DNA of 24,000 nt from Leptotrichia hongkongensis (GCF_041538065.1 NZ_JBGORW010000001.1:54790-78789), one strand, 5' to 3'; positions 8,600 through 17,041 are shown, counted from the stretch's first letter. Notes: generated by a model from the sequence alone, not told the origin. Translations and numbers: made by a program.

Positions 8600-9679
8600 A
8601 TGAATTTTGATATAAGATGGGAAGTTTTGAAGGAGCTGACAGAAACTTATGCAATTTCAGGATTTGAAGAGGATATTGTAGATATGTTGAAAAAGCATAT
8701 AAATCTTCCATATTCTCAGGATGGTCTTGGATCCTGCCTTTTTAGAAAGGAAGGAAATGGTATTTCCATAATGATAGCCACTCATATGGATGAAGTAGGG
8801 TTTGTTGTAAAGGAAATAGATGAGCAGGGGTACATGTATTTTCAGAATGTAGGAAACATGTGGTCGCATGTTCTGCTCAATCAGAAAGTGGCAGTTATAA
8901 ATGAAAAAAAGAATATATATTATGGTGTTATTGGTGGACCTGCAGTTCATTCAATAAAGGAAAAGGAAAGAGAAAAGGTATTACCGATTGATAAACTGTA
9001 TATTGATATGGGAGTCAGCAGTAAAAAACGGATTGAAGAACTTGGAATAAAAGTAGGAGATATGATATGTCCGTATGGAGAAATGATAGAGCTGAATGAG
9101 GAAGGATACCTTGCAGGGAAATCCTTTGACAATCGTGTAAGTGTAGCGACAGGAATATGGCTTATGAATATGCTGAAAAAAGAAAATACAGGCAATAAGG
9201 TTACTCTTGCGGCAACGGTACAGGAGGAAGTAGGACTTAGGGGTGCAAGAACAACAGCACATAAAGTTTTTCCTGACCTGGCAATAGCTGTAGATACTAC
9301 TTTGGCAGGAGATACCCCCTTGAATAAAAATAATATAAAGCTTGGAAAAGGAGTAGCTATTAATGTTATTGATTCAATGACCATAATGAACAGAGGACTG
9401 CTTATTTATATTGAAAATCTATGCAGAAAGAATGACATTCCTTATCAGCTGAGCTGTTTTACAGATGGTGGGACTGATGCAGGAAATATTCATAAGTCAG
9501 GAACTGGAATACCAGCCACAACTTTATCTATACCTATGAGATACATGCATACTCATCTTGGAGTCGTACATAAGGATGATATTATTGCAACATTGAAACT
9601 GCTGAAACTGATAGTAGAAGATCTGACTCCTGAAAAGTACGACAGAATACTGAAGGAAAATTATAATTACAGTGAATAA
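8600..9679 (+). CDS. M42-family aminopeptidase (FrvX/YsdC/TET-like), canonical motifs intact
   Basis: The motifs ATHMDEVGF, GKSFDNRVS, TVQEEVGLRGA, AIAVDTT and PMRYMHTH are all present. The ATG at 8600 is taken as the start. The GTG at 8591 overlaps the upstream stop and remains an alternative. Confidence 0.85.
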   Translation: MNFDIRWEVLKELTETYAISGFEEDIVDMLKKHINLPYSQDGLGSCLFRKEGNGISIMIATHMDEVGFVVKEIDEQGYMYFQNVGNMWSHVLLNQKVAVINEKKNIYYGVIGGPAVHSIKEKEREKVLPIDKLYIDMGVSSKKRIEELGIKVGDMICPYGEMIELNEEGYLAGKSFDNRVSVATGIWLMNMLKKENTGNKVTLAATVQEEVGLRGARTTAHKVFPDLAIAVDTTLAGDTPLNKNNIKLGKGVAINVIDSMTIMNRGLLIYIENLCRKNDIPYQLSCFTDGGTDAGNIHKSGTGIPATTLSIPMRYMHTHLGVVHKDDIIATLKLLKLIVEDLTPEKYDRILKENYNYSE

Positions 9680-9706
9680 GATGAAAAAACTTGAGGAGGT
9701 AAGAAG

Positions 9707-10672
9707 ATGTGGGGAATAATCGCAACATGGTGCATGGCACATGATGGTGTCAAAGAAGCTGCAAAAATACTGAAAAATGATGGAAAAGCGGGAGAAGCGA
9801 TAGAAACTGCAATAAAAAATGTTGAAGATTTTCCTTTTTATAAATCTGTAGGTTACGGTGGACTTCCAAATGAAGAAATGGAAGTGGAACTGGATGCGGC
9901 ATACATGGATGGAAGCAACTTTGATTTTGGAGCAGTATGTGCCATTAAGGATTTTGCCAATCCTATATCTGTTGCCAGAGATTTGAGTCATTTAAATGAA
10001 AATAGCATGTTAGTAAGTGAAGGGGCAGAAAAATATGCGCATAAAAAAGGTTTTGAAAGAAAAAATATGCTTACAGAAAGGGCAAAAATACATTACAGAA
10101 ACAGATTGAAGGATATGGCACATATAAAAGAAATAGAAATAAAGCCCTATTCAGGACATGATACGGTTGGTATGGTGTGCCTTGATAAAGAAGAAAATAT
10201 AGTTGCAGGAACTTCTACAAGCGGACTTTTCATGAAAAAGAAAGGAAGAGTGGGAGATTCGCCTGTAATCGGTTCAGGACTCTATGCTGACAGTGAGATT
10301 GGAGGAGCAAGTGCAACAGGGCTTGGAGAAGATATAATGAAGGGGATAATTTCATACGAGATAGTAAAACTTATGGAAAGTGGTCTTTCTCCCCAGAAAG
10401 CATGTGAAAAGGCTGTCTTCACTTTTGAGAAGAAATTGATAAGAAAAAGAGGAAAAGCAGGAGATATTTCTGTAATTGCCATGAATAACAAAGGGGAATG
10501 GGGAGTGGCTACAAATATTGAAAATTTTTCCTTTGTTGCAGGAAATGAAAAGACTCCTGTAAAAGTATACAGGACAAAAAGAAAAGGCAATGAAATGATA
10601 CACGAAGAAGCGACTGAAGAGTGGCTACAGGAGTATATCAATGAAAGAACGAAACCTCTTATAGAAAAATAA
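9707..10672 (+). CDS. Ntn-hydrolase of the asparaginase_2 family, glycosylasparaginase (aspartylglucosaminidase)-like
   Basis: SD GAGGAGG precedes the ATG at 9707. The motifs are ATW near the N-terminus, SVGYGGLP, LDAAYMDG, the autoprocessing site GHD-T-VGMV (Thr codon 10163-10165), GTSTSG, GRVGDSPVIGSGLYAD and ATGLGEDIM. By eye the pattern is closer to AGA-type enzymes (HDTIGMV) than to the E. coli IaaA type (GTVGAV). Confidence 0.8.
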   Translation: MWGIIATWCMAHDGVKEAAKILKNDGKAGEAIETAIKNVEDFPFYKSVGYGGLPNEEMEVELDAAYMDGSNFDFGAVCAIKDFANPISVARDLSHLNENSMLVSEGAEKYAHKKGFERKNMLTERAKIHYRNRLKDMAHIKEIEIKPYSGHDTVGMVCLDKEENIVAGTSTSGLFMKKKGRVGDSPVIGSGLYADSEIGGASATGLGEDIMKGIISYEIVKLMESGLSPQKACEKAVFTFEKKLIRKRGKAGDISVIAMNNKGEWGVATNIENFSFVAGNEKTPVKVYRTKRKGNEMIHEEATEEWLQEYINERTKPLIEK

Positions 10673-10684
10673 GGTAGGTAGAAA

Positions 10685-11887
10685 ATGGATAAAAATACGG
10701 ATGATAATAAAAAATATGATAAAAAAAGGAATATTTCCGATGAGGAAATAATATTGAAAATAAAAGAAGAAGTGAAAAAAATACAGCCTGAATTAATAGA
10801 GAAAATACGTGAATTAGTTTCAATTTACAGTATTCAGACGGAACCTGAAGAAAATGCCCCATTTGGAAAAGGGCCTGCTGAGGCACTGGATAAAGCTTTG
10901 GAAATATCAGAAAAACTGGGATTTAATACAGTGAATATAGATAATAAAATAGGTTATGCAGAATATGTATCAGAAGAAATAAGGGATTATGAGGAATATA
11001 TAGGGATTTTTGGGCATGTAGATGTTGTTCCTCTTGGTGAAGGGTGGAAGTATCCTCCATTAGGCGGAAAAATAGAAAATAATCGCATATATGGAAGAGG
11101 TGTTCTAGATAATAAAGGTCCCATTCTGTCAAATCTTTTTGCACTTCATATTCTGAAAAAATTAGGAATAAAATTTGATGTTCCTGTAAGAATAGTTTTC
11201 GGAGCAAATGAAGAAACAGGATTTGCATGTGTAAAACATTATCTGACAAAGAAAAAAGCTCCTATTTTTGGCTGGACTCCTGACTGTAAATGGCCAGTTG
11301 TGTACGGCGAAAGGGGAAGGCTTAAGGTAAGAATATATTCTGAAATGAAAGATTTAGAGAAATTATATGAATTTGTAAATGGATATATATTATCAGCACC
11401 TAATAATGGTGTAAAATTAAAAATAAACTTTAAGGATGATGATTTCGGAGAAATGATATTAAGAGGGTACAGATTTGGAATTGCTGAAAACAGACATTTT
11501 TTTGAATTTGTAATGAGCTATCCTGCAATATGTAAAAAAGATCAGCTTATGGATTTAATCAGAAGTAATTTGACGGAAGGAACAGAGCTGGAAGAAATTT
11601 CCAACTGGAATCCAGTTCTATATGATAAAAGTTCTGAATATGTGCAGACTTTACAGAAAGTATATAATTATGTCACAGGCTTTAATGCAGAACCTGTCAC
11701 AACGACAGGAGGAACTTATGCAAAGATAATTCCTAATATTATTGCATATGGCCCAAGTTTTCCAGGTCAGAAGGATATAGCACATTTACCTGATGAGTGG
11801 CTTGATTTATCAGATTTAGAGAAAATAACAGAGATTTATGCACTTTCATTATATGAAATAAGTAAATTGAAAAATAGAAAAGAATAA
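10685..11887 (+). CDS. M20-family dipeptidase (PepV/Sapep-like)
   Basis: The M20 motifs GIFGHVDVVPLGEGW and YGRGVLDNKGP, plus NEETG, are present. The 400-aa length and the lid-domain-sized insert fit PepV-type dipeptidases. Confidence 0.8.
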   Translation: MDKNTDDNKKYDKKRNISDEEIILKIKEEVKKIQPELIEKIRELVSIYSIQTEPEENAPFGKGPAEALDKALEISEKLGFNTVNIDNKIGYAEYVSEEIRDYEEYIGIFGHVDVVPLGEGWKYPPLGGKIENNRIYGRGVLDNKGPILSNLFALHILKKLGIKFDVPVRIVFGANEETGFACVKHYLTKKKAPIFGWTPDCKWPVVYGERGRLKVRIYSEMKDLEKLYEFVNGYILSAPNNGVKLKINFKDDDFGEMILRGYRFGIAENRHFFEFVMSYPAICKKDQLMDLIRSNLTEGTELEEISNWNPVLYDKSSEYVQTLQKVYNYVTGFNAEPVTTTGGTYAKIIPNIIAYGPSFPGQKDIAHLPDEWLDLSDLEKITEIYALSLYEISKLKNRKE

Positions 11888-11895
11888 CTTGAAAT

Positions 11896-11941
11896 AAAAA
11901 ACTGTCTAATAGTCCTGTTTTAAGATTAAAAGACAGTTTTT
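11896..11941. terminator. Putative terminator at the end of the peptidase cluster
   Basis: AAAAACTGTCT (11896-11907 region) pairs with AGACAGTTTTT (11931-11941). It begins 9 nt after the M20 stop. Confidence 0.5.
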
Positions 11942-11975
11942 GAATAATTTGTTTAAAAATAATAATTTTATATAA

Positions 11976-12067
11976 ATTTAAAACAGAACTCAAAAATTAT
12001 GACTATTTTACTCAAACCCTAAATTATATAATTTCTATCAGTTCAATTTTAAATGGGTTCGAGTATA
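11976..12067 (+). repeat. Intergenic structured repeat, copy C (5'-truncated)
   Basis: TTTAAAACAGAACTCAAAAATTATGACTATTTTACTCAAACCCTAAATTATATAATTTCTATCAGTTCAATTTTAAATGGGTTCGAGTATA. It lacks the TATAGTAAAACTAG 5' end seen in copies A and D. Confidence 0.7.
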
Positions 12068-12108
12068 ATGTGATTTTTCAGTCTAATTTTAGCGAAATTT
12101 TACTAAAA

Positions 12109-13356
12109 TTAGTTATAGAATTTTTGGGGATCTGTAATTTCATTTTCACTTCTAGCTACAACCATTGTGCAGACAGCATCTCCTGTTATATTTACTGCTG
12201 TTCTGAACATATCTATTATTCTGTCAACACCGATTACAACGCCAATTCCTTCAAGTGGCAATCCTGCTTGTTTTAATACAAGTGAAAGCATTAGCATACC
12301 TGCACCTGGAACACCTGCTGTACCAACAGAAGCCAGTACTGCTGTTAAAATAATTCCCAAATATTGTGTTGGACCTAAATGAATATTATAAAGATTTGCA
12401 ATAAATACGGCAGCAACACCTTGCATAATTGCAGTACCGTCCATATTTACAGTTGCTCCTAAAGGAATTGTGAATGAACTTATTTCCTCAGATATACCAA
12501 ATTTTTCTGTTAAAGTTTCAATATTTACTGGAATCGTTGCATTGCTGCTGGATGTAGAAAATGCAACTGATATTACATTAAAGAATTTTTTGAAGAATCT
12601 TAATGGACTTACTTTTGCCATAGTTGTTAGCATTATTTGATAAACACCTGTATGAATAACAAATGCAAATAATGTTGCAGCCACAAATCCAAGCAATTTT
12701 ACAAGCACATCCACACCTGTTGAAGCAACAACTTTTGAAATTAGTGCGAATACTCCTATTGGAGCGACTTCCATTATAAGTTCCACCATTTTTAACACAA
12801 GTTCATTTGCTTCTTCAAGTAAAGCTTTTAAATTTTTTACTTTATCTCCTAAAGCTGAAATTGCAACTCCTAACAGCAGAAAAAATACTATAATTGCAAG
12901 CATTTTTTCCTCTGACATTGCATTAATAATGTTTTTTGGAATCATATCAAGAAGAATATCAATAAGTTTACCTTGCTCCGCAATTTTAAATTCACCTTTA
13001 GGAAGTTCTCCATGAACCATTCCCATTCCAATTCCAGAAACTTTTGCTACAAATAATCCAATTACTACAGCAATAGCAGTAGTTGCAAAATAGAAACCCA
13101 AAACCTTTGTACCAATTCTTTTAAGTTTTTTTATATCTCCAATAGAAGCTGCTCCCATTGCAAGAGAAATAGAAACTAACGGTACAATCATAACTTTCAT
13201 AAGATTGATAAACATTCCTCCAAAAAAAGCAAGGACTGAATCAATAACAACATCTTTTACGAAGGGATTTTTTGCAAAAGGACTTAATATTAGCCCAAAT
13301 ACAATCCCAAGTGCTAGCCCAACCATTATCCTAGTTGTTAATCCCATTTTTTTCAT
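12109..13356 (-). CDS. Dicarboxylate/amino acid:cation symporter (DAACS family, SstT/GltP-like)
   Basis: A polytopic protein with family-typical segments (SSSNATIPV, GATVNMDGTA, DRIIDMFRTAVNITGDA). The start is uncertain. The ORF track uses the TTG at 13395. I prefer the ATG at 13356 (MKKMGLTTRIMVGL...), and the ATG at 13347 is also possible. An AAGGAGG lies 26 nt upstream of 13356, which is too far to act as a classical SD. Confidence 0.8.
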   Translation of the reverse strand: MKKMGLTTRIMVGLALGIVFGLILSPFAKNPFVKDVVIDSVLAFFGGMFINLMKVMIVPLVSISLAMGAASIGDIKKLKRIGTKVLGFYFATTAIAVVIGLFVAKVSGIGMGMVHGELPKGEFKIAEQGKLIDILLDMIPKNIINAMSEEKMLAIIVFFLLLGVAISALGDKVKNLKALLEEANELVLKMVELIMEVAPIGVFALISKVVASTGVDVLVKLLGFVAATLFAFVIHTGVYQIMLTTMAKVSPLRFFKKFFNVISVAFSTSSSNATIPVNIETLTEKFGISEEISSFTIPLGATVNMDGTAIMQGVAAVFIANLYNIHLGPTQYLGIILTAVLASVGTAGVPGAGMLMLSLVLKQAGLPLEGIGVVIGVDRIIDMFRTAVNITGDAVCTMVVARSENEITDPQKFYN

Positions 13357-13578
13357 AGATTTTTTTACAGTATAAAATACTGCCTCCTTTCTCAAATTTG
13401 TAAAATATACTATATTTTAACTTTTTATTGAAAAATTTACAACCCATAAAAAAAATTTTTTTTATCCTAACAAATAAATGAAAGATTTTAAAAGAATTTT
13501 TTGTTTATTGGATAATACAATTAAATAATACTAAACTCCATTTAAATAACGGATTTATTATAAACTTCTCTAATAAAG

Positions 13579-13649
13579 GATATAAACCCAATATTTTAAA
13601 ATAATTTAAGATATAATTTTTATTTTTTAAACAGGGTTTAGTATAAAAT
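13579..13649 (-). repeat. Possible degenerate, internally rearranged remnant of the intergenic repeat
   Basis: TATAAACCCAATATTTTAAAATAATTTAAGATATAATTT...AAACAGGGTTTAGTATAAAAT loosely parallels the inverted-orientation consensus TATACTCGAACCCATTTAAAATTGA...ATAGAAATTATATAATTTAGGGTTTGAGTAAAAT. This is a by-eye alignment only. Confidence 0.25.
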
Positions 13650-13749
13650 TAAATAAAATAATATTAAAATAAAACTGCCCTTTATTCCTAAAAATAAGAA
13701 TATCAGACAGTTTTAATTCTCAATTAACCCAATAAATTTAGAAATAATT

Positions 13750-14016
13750 CTAAATATAAATTTTATCCCTTTTATCTATTTCAACAATTAAAATGACTAA
13801 TTCATCCTTCTCAATTTTTGCAATAATTCTATAGTTTTCAACTCTATATCTCCAAAATCCTTTCAGATTATATCTTAATGCTTTATCAAATTTTTTTGGA
13901 TTATCTGTATTATTAAGATTTTGTTTAATGTATCGCATAATTTTTAGTTTCATAGAATCATCTAGTTTATTTAATTGTTTTTCAGCTTTTTGTCTAATGA
14001 TAACTTTATATTTCAT
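13750..14016 (-). CDS. Type II toxin, RelE/ParE superfamily
   Basis: An 88-aa basic protein. Its C-terminal pattern FWRYRVENYRIIAKIEKDELVILIVEIDKRDKIY is the classic RelE/StbE signature (W-x-[YL]-R-[IV]-G-[DN]-YR-[IVL]-[IVL]-[YA]-x-[IV]...V-x(2)-[IV]-x(2)-R-x(2)-[IVA]-Y). It overlaps the upstream small acidic ORF by 11 nt. Confidence 0.75.
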   Translation of the reverse strand: MKYKVIIRQKAEKQLNKLDDSMKLKIMRYIKQNLNNTDNPKKFDKALRYNLKGFWRYRVENYRIIAKIEKDELVILIVEIDKRDKIYI

Positions 14017-14242
14017 TTTCCAATCTCATTTTTTTTACTAAATCTTCAAATGAAATTGCTTTTTCCTTGTTTAACTTATACTCTTCATAAGCTTCAACAG
14101 CCGATTTGTAGTCCTCTTCATCTTCGATTTTTTCAAGAATTAAATCTAACATTACTTGGTTTAAATTGATATTGTTTTCCTTAACATAGTTGTTTATTTT
14201 ATCTTCTATGTCAGGATGAGCATTTATAGAAACGGTTATCAT
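14006..14242 (-). CDS. Cognate antitoxin (RelB/DinJ or DUF6290-like, ribbon-helix-helix type)
   Basis: A 78-aa acidic protein starting at the ATG at 14242 (MITVSINAHPDIEDKINNYV...), with an SD-like AAGGGTG upstream. The ORF-track start at 14308 adds an implausible hydrophobic extension. The gene order and overlap are typical of relBE operons. Confidence 0.6.
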   Translation of the reverse strand: MITVSINAHPDIEDKINNYVKENNINLNQVMLDLILEKIEDEEDYKSAVEAYEEYKLNKEKAISFEDLVKKMRLENEI

Positions 14243-14339
14243 AAAGTTCACACCCTTTCTTGTTATTTTTGTTAATAAAATTTTAACATAAAAAATAATA
14301 AAAATCAACGAAAATATTATTTCTTATATTTTGTTCTAT

Positions 14340-15173
14340 TTATTTGTTTTCCTTGGATACAAATAATTTTATTCTATTTGGAGTATCAATAGTTACTGTA
14401 TTTTCTTTTATATTTGGAAAATTTTTTTCAAATTTTTCTTTAACTAATGATAGATGTATTTCTTCAACACCTGTAGAATTATCATTTTTAGGAATCTTTC
14501 TTTTTCCGTTCCATTGATTCATACCAAATTGATGATGATACTTACCTGTTGATAAAAAATATGCTTTTGGTAATTTCGATACTATTTCAAGTCCTAATGC
14601 CTTTATATAAAAGTCTTTATCATTTTCAAGATCAAATGTTTCAAGATGAACATGTCCAATTTTTGTATTCTCAGGAATTTCAAAATCAGGAAGATTGTCT
14701 GAAATTCTCAATAAATCTTCTAAATCAATAGTTTCTGTTCCCATTACAACATGTCCATTTTCCCATTTCCAAGTATTAGAATCTCTGTCTGCATAAACTT
14801 CAATACCGTTTCCTTCAGGATCTGTCAAATAAACCGCTTCGCTTACGTTGTGGTCTCCCACTCCGTCTAATTTAATTAGCTCTTTCGCACAGTTTCTTAA
14901 AAAATTTCCTAAATCTTTTCTTTCAGGCAGTAAATAAGCAATATGAAATACATTTGTCTCGTTATCGTTTTTCAATACTTCATTTCCAAAAGAAATCATT
15001 TTTATAAGAGGAGCTGTCTTAGTTCCCAATGTAATTTCTCTTTTTCCGTTTTCTTTTTTATCTTTTAAAACTTTCATTTTTAGCAATTTTAAATAATAAT
15101 CTCTCATTTTTTCGATATTTTTTACTCTTAAAGTTATAAAATTAAAATTTAATCCATAATTTTTATTATTCAT
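14340..15173 (-). CDS. VOC-superfamily protein (two glyoxalase/extradiol dioxygenase-like modules)
   Basis: Two tandem beta-alpha-beta-beta-beta modules are visible (FITLRVKNIEKMRDYY...HIAYLLP...EAVYLTDPEGNGIEVY, then IGHVHLETFDLENDKDFY...). I prefer the ATG at 15173 (SD GAAGGAA 5 nt upstream) over the TTG at 15206. Confidence 0.65.
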   Translation of the reverse strand: MNNKNYGLNFNFITLRVKNIEKMRDYYLKLLKMKVLKDKKENGKREITLGTKTAPLIKMISFGNEVLKNDNETNVFHIAYLLPERKDLGNFLRNCAKELIKLDGVGDHNVSEAVYLTDPEGNGIEVYADRDSNTWKWENGHVVMGTETIDLEDLLRISDNLPDFEIPENTKIGHVHLETFDLENDKDFYIKALGLEIVSKLPKAYFLSTGKYHHQFGMNQWNGKRKIPKNDNSTGVEEIHLSLVKEKFEKNFPNIKENTVTIDTPNRIKLFVSKENK

Positions 15174-15237
15174 TAATATTCCTTCTTTCAAAATGTCAAA
15201 ACTCAAACATATTATAATTAATTTATTGATAATCTAA

Positions 15238-15735
15238 CTATTTTATTTCAATGCCTTCCAGTTCCAATAAAAACTCCTTTATATGGAGTCCTCCACCATA
15301 TCCGACTAACTTTCCATCCGCACCAATTACACGATGGCAAGGAATAAAAATTGAGATTTTATTTCGATTATTTGCCATTCCGACTGCACGGACTGCTTTT
15401 TCGTTATTAATTGCAACTGCGATGTCCTTGTAGGAACGGGTTTCGCCGTAAGGGATTGTTTCAAGAGCGTTCCAGACGGAAATTTGAAAAGGTGTCCCTT
15501 CTTTTAGAAGTGGCAAGTCAAATTGTTTTCGTTTTTTGGAAAAATATTCAAATAACTGATTTTTTGCCTTTTTTATTAACTCAGTTTCTTTAATTTGAAA
15601 ATTATCATCATTTTTAAATTTTTCAATTTCATAATTCCAGATTACATCAGTAATATGAGAATCATTTTCTGTTGTGGCAAGTCCAATTTTTCCAATCGGA
15701 GTATTGGTTTCATAAAAATAGATATTTTTTCTCAT
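15238..15735 (-). CDS. ogt: Methylated-DNA--protein-cysteine methyltransferase
   Basis: The active-site motif IPCHRVIG, followed by GKLVGYGGGL, and the upstream SYKDIA helix-turn-helix segment are all present. At 165 aa the length is typical. Confidence 0.9.
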   Translation of the reverse strand: MRKNIYFYETNTPIGKIGLATTENDSHITDVIWNYEIEKFKNDDNFQIKETELIKKAKNQLFEYFSKKRKQFDLPLLKEGTPFQISVWNALETIPYGETRSYKDIAVAINNEKAVRAVGMANNRNKISIFIPCHRVIGADGKLVGYGGGLHIKEFLLELEGIEIK

Positions 15736-15756
15736 TGTTATTAGCCTTTCTTTAAT

Positions 15757-15861
15757 TATAGTAAAACTAGTTTAAAATAGAATTCAAAAATTATGCCTAT
15801 TTTACTCAAACACTAAATTATATAATTTCTATCAGTTCAATTTTAAATAGGTTCGAGTATA
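15757..15861 (+). repeat. Intergenic structured repeat, copy D (full length)
   Basis: TATAGTAAAACTAGTTTAAAATAGAATTCAAAAATTATGCCTATTTTACTCAAACACTAAATTATATAATTTCTATCAGTTCAATTTTAAATAGGTTCGAGTATA. It starts 21 nt from the ogt start codon. Confidence 0.75.
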
Positions 15862-16034
15862 TAATCAAACTTCATTAAAGTTTTCTAGAATTTTAAATTT
15901 TAATTATTTTGACATGTAGTCTAAATTATACTACATTAATCGATATTTTAAAACAAAATAATTTTATTATGGCTAAATTATGCGATTTAAGGTATAATAT
16001 AGTAAATTATTAAAAACAGAATAGGGGAGATTTT

Positions 16035-16838
16035 ATGGAAAGTTTTGAAGATGCTGAAAAAAGAGATCTTGTAGGAACTATATCAGGAATCGTTAAAATA
16101 GTTGGAATAATGATTTTTACGTGGAGTGTTCTAATTTTTCAAAGAGGTATTTTTAGCAGTTATTATTTCAATAGTGTTGCAAAAACAGGAGATTTGAAAG
16201 CTGGAGAAATGGTAACACTTGTTCAGACGTTATTTAGCCTTGTTGTACTGATTATAGTAAGTATTATTTTTATAAAAATGATGAAGACTAGATTTGGTAA
16301 GGAAAATTTGAATAAAATAAAATTCTGGACTTTTGTTATAATAGTGATAACTATTGTTTTATTTGCACTTGGAGTGACTTTTTCGATGATAAATTCGATA
16401 GTTAAAAATATTGGGAGTATTTCTTTGAGTGATAAAATTACTATATTTTTTAAAACAGGAATTTTAGAAGGAATAAAAGGGATGCAGTTAATTGGGTTTT
16501 TGTTGACAATGTGTTTATTTTCAGTTAAAGCTTATGAAAATGATAAGGGAAAAAATATATTTGCAATAACCTTTGCTGGCATAAGTTCAATAATTCTAAT
16601 GGTAATTTTTTATTTTGTTGGGCTATTTTTAGATTTATATTTGCTTCAAACAAGTCAAGGCTGGAAAATGGAAACGCTCTCTGGATTTATAAGAGAAATA
16701 ATGCAAAATGCAAATATGCAGGAAGTAGTGTTTAATTATTATTTTTATTTAACATCGTCTGTTGTTGTAATATTTACAATAATATTAATTTTAAATGTTT
16801 TTTCAGATAATAAAAAGAAACTTTATGGAGAAGAATAG
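16035..16838 (+). CDS. Multi-pass membrane protein of unknown function
   Basis: A 267-aa ORF with an SD (GGGGAG) 6 nt upstream of the ATG. By eye there are about six long hydrophobic segments. I recognise no catalytic motif. Confidence 0.55.
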   Translation: MESFEDAEKRDLVGTISGIVKIVGIMIFTWSVLIFQRGIFSSYYFNSVAKTGDLKAGEMVTLVQTLFSLVVLIIVSIIFIKMMKTRFGKENLNKIKFWTFVIIVITIVLFALGVTFSMINSIVKNIGSISLSDKITIFFKTGILEGIKGMQLIGFLLTMCLFSVKAYENDKGKNIFAITFAGISSIILMVIFYFVGLFLDLYLLQTSQGWKMETLSGFIREIMQNANMQEVVFNYYFYLTSSVVVIFTIILILNVFSDNKKKLYGEE

Positions 16839-16939
16839 TTTTAAAACTATTGAAAATATTGATGTTTAATGATTAAAGTTTTGAAAAATGATATTTGTGT
16901 TTGTAATTTACTTTATTTAAAAAAAAATTAAAATACTTG

Positions 16940-16968
16940 TTGACGAATCAATGTTTTAGTGATATACT
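16940..16968 (+). promoter_or_regulatory. Strong predicted sigma-70 promoter driving the small RNA and Abi unit
   Basis: TTGACG (16940-16945), a 17-nt spacer, then the extended -10 TGaTATACT (16960-16968). Confidence 0.55.
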
Positions 16969-16974
16969 TAATTT

Positions 16975-17041
16975 AAGATAAATTGATCGTTTGGATCATC
17001 GGTCTTGTCGTATTTAAATAAGTTATGACAAGACTTTTTTG
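16975..17041 (+). ncRNA. Candidate structured small RNA of about 65 nt (or a terminator-containing 5' leader) immediately upstream of the Abi_2/HEPN gene
   Basis: The 5' end is inferred about 7 nt downstream of the -10 element. Hairpin 1 is TGATC (16984-16988) pairing with GATCA (16994-16998). Hairpin 2 is GTCTTGTC (17002-17009) pairing with GACAAGAC (17027-17034), extendable to 11 bp, and it is followed by a T-run. No ORF is present. Confidence 0.4.

Noticed and set aside
13396-13749. The long AT-rich intergenic region upstream of the symporter, considered as a riboswitch or other regulatory RNA.
   Set aside because: There is no recognisable riboswitch core or conserved G/C-containing helices. 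The content is better explained by a promoter region plus a decayed repeat copy and a terminator-like hairpin (13671-13714).
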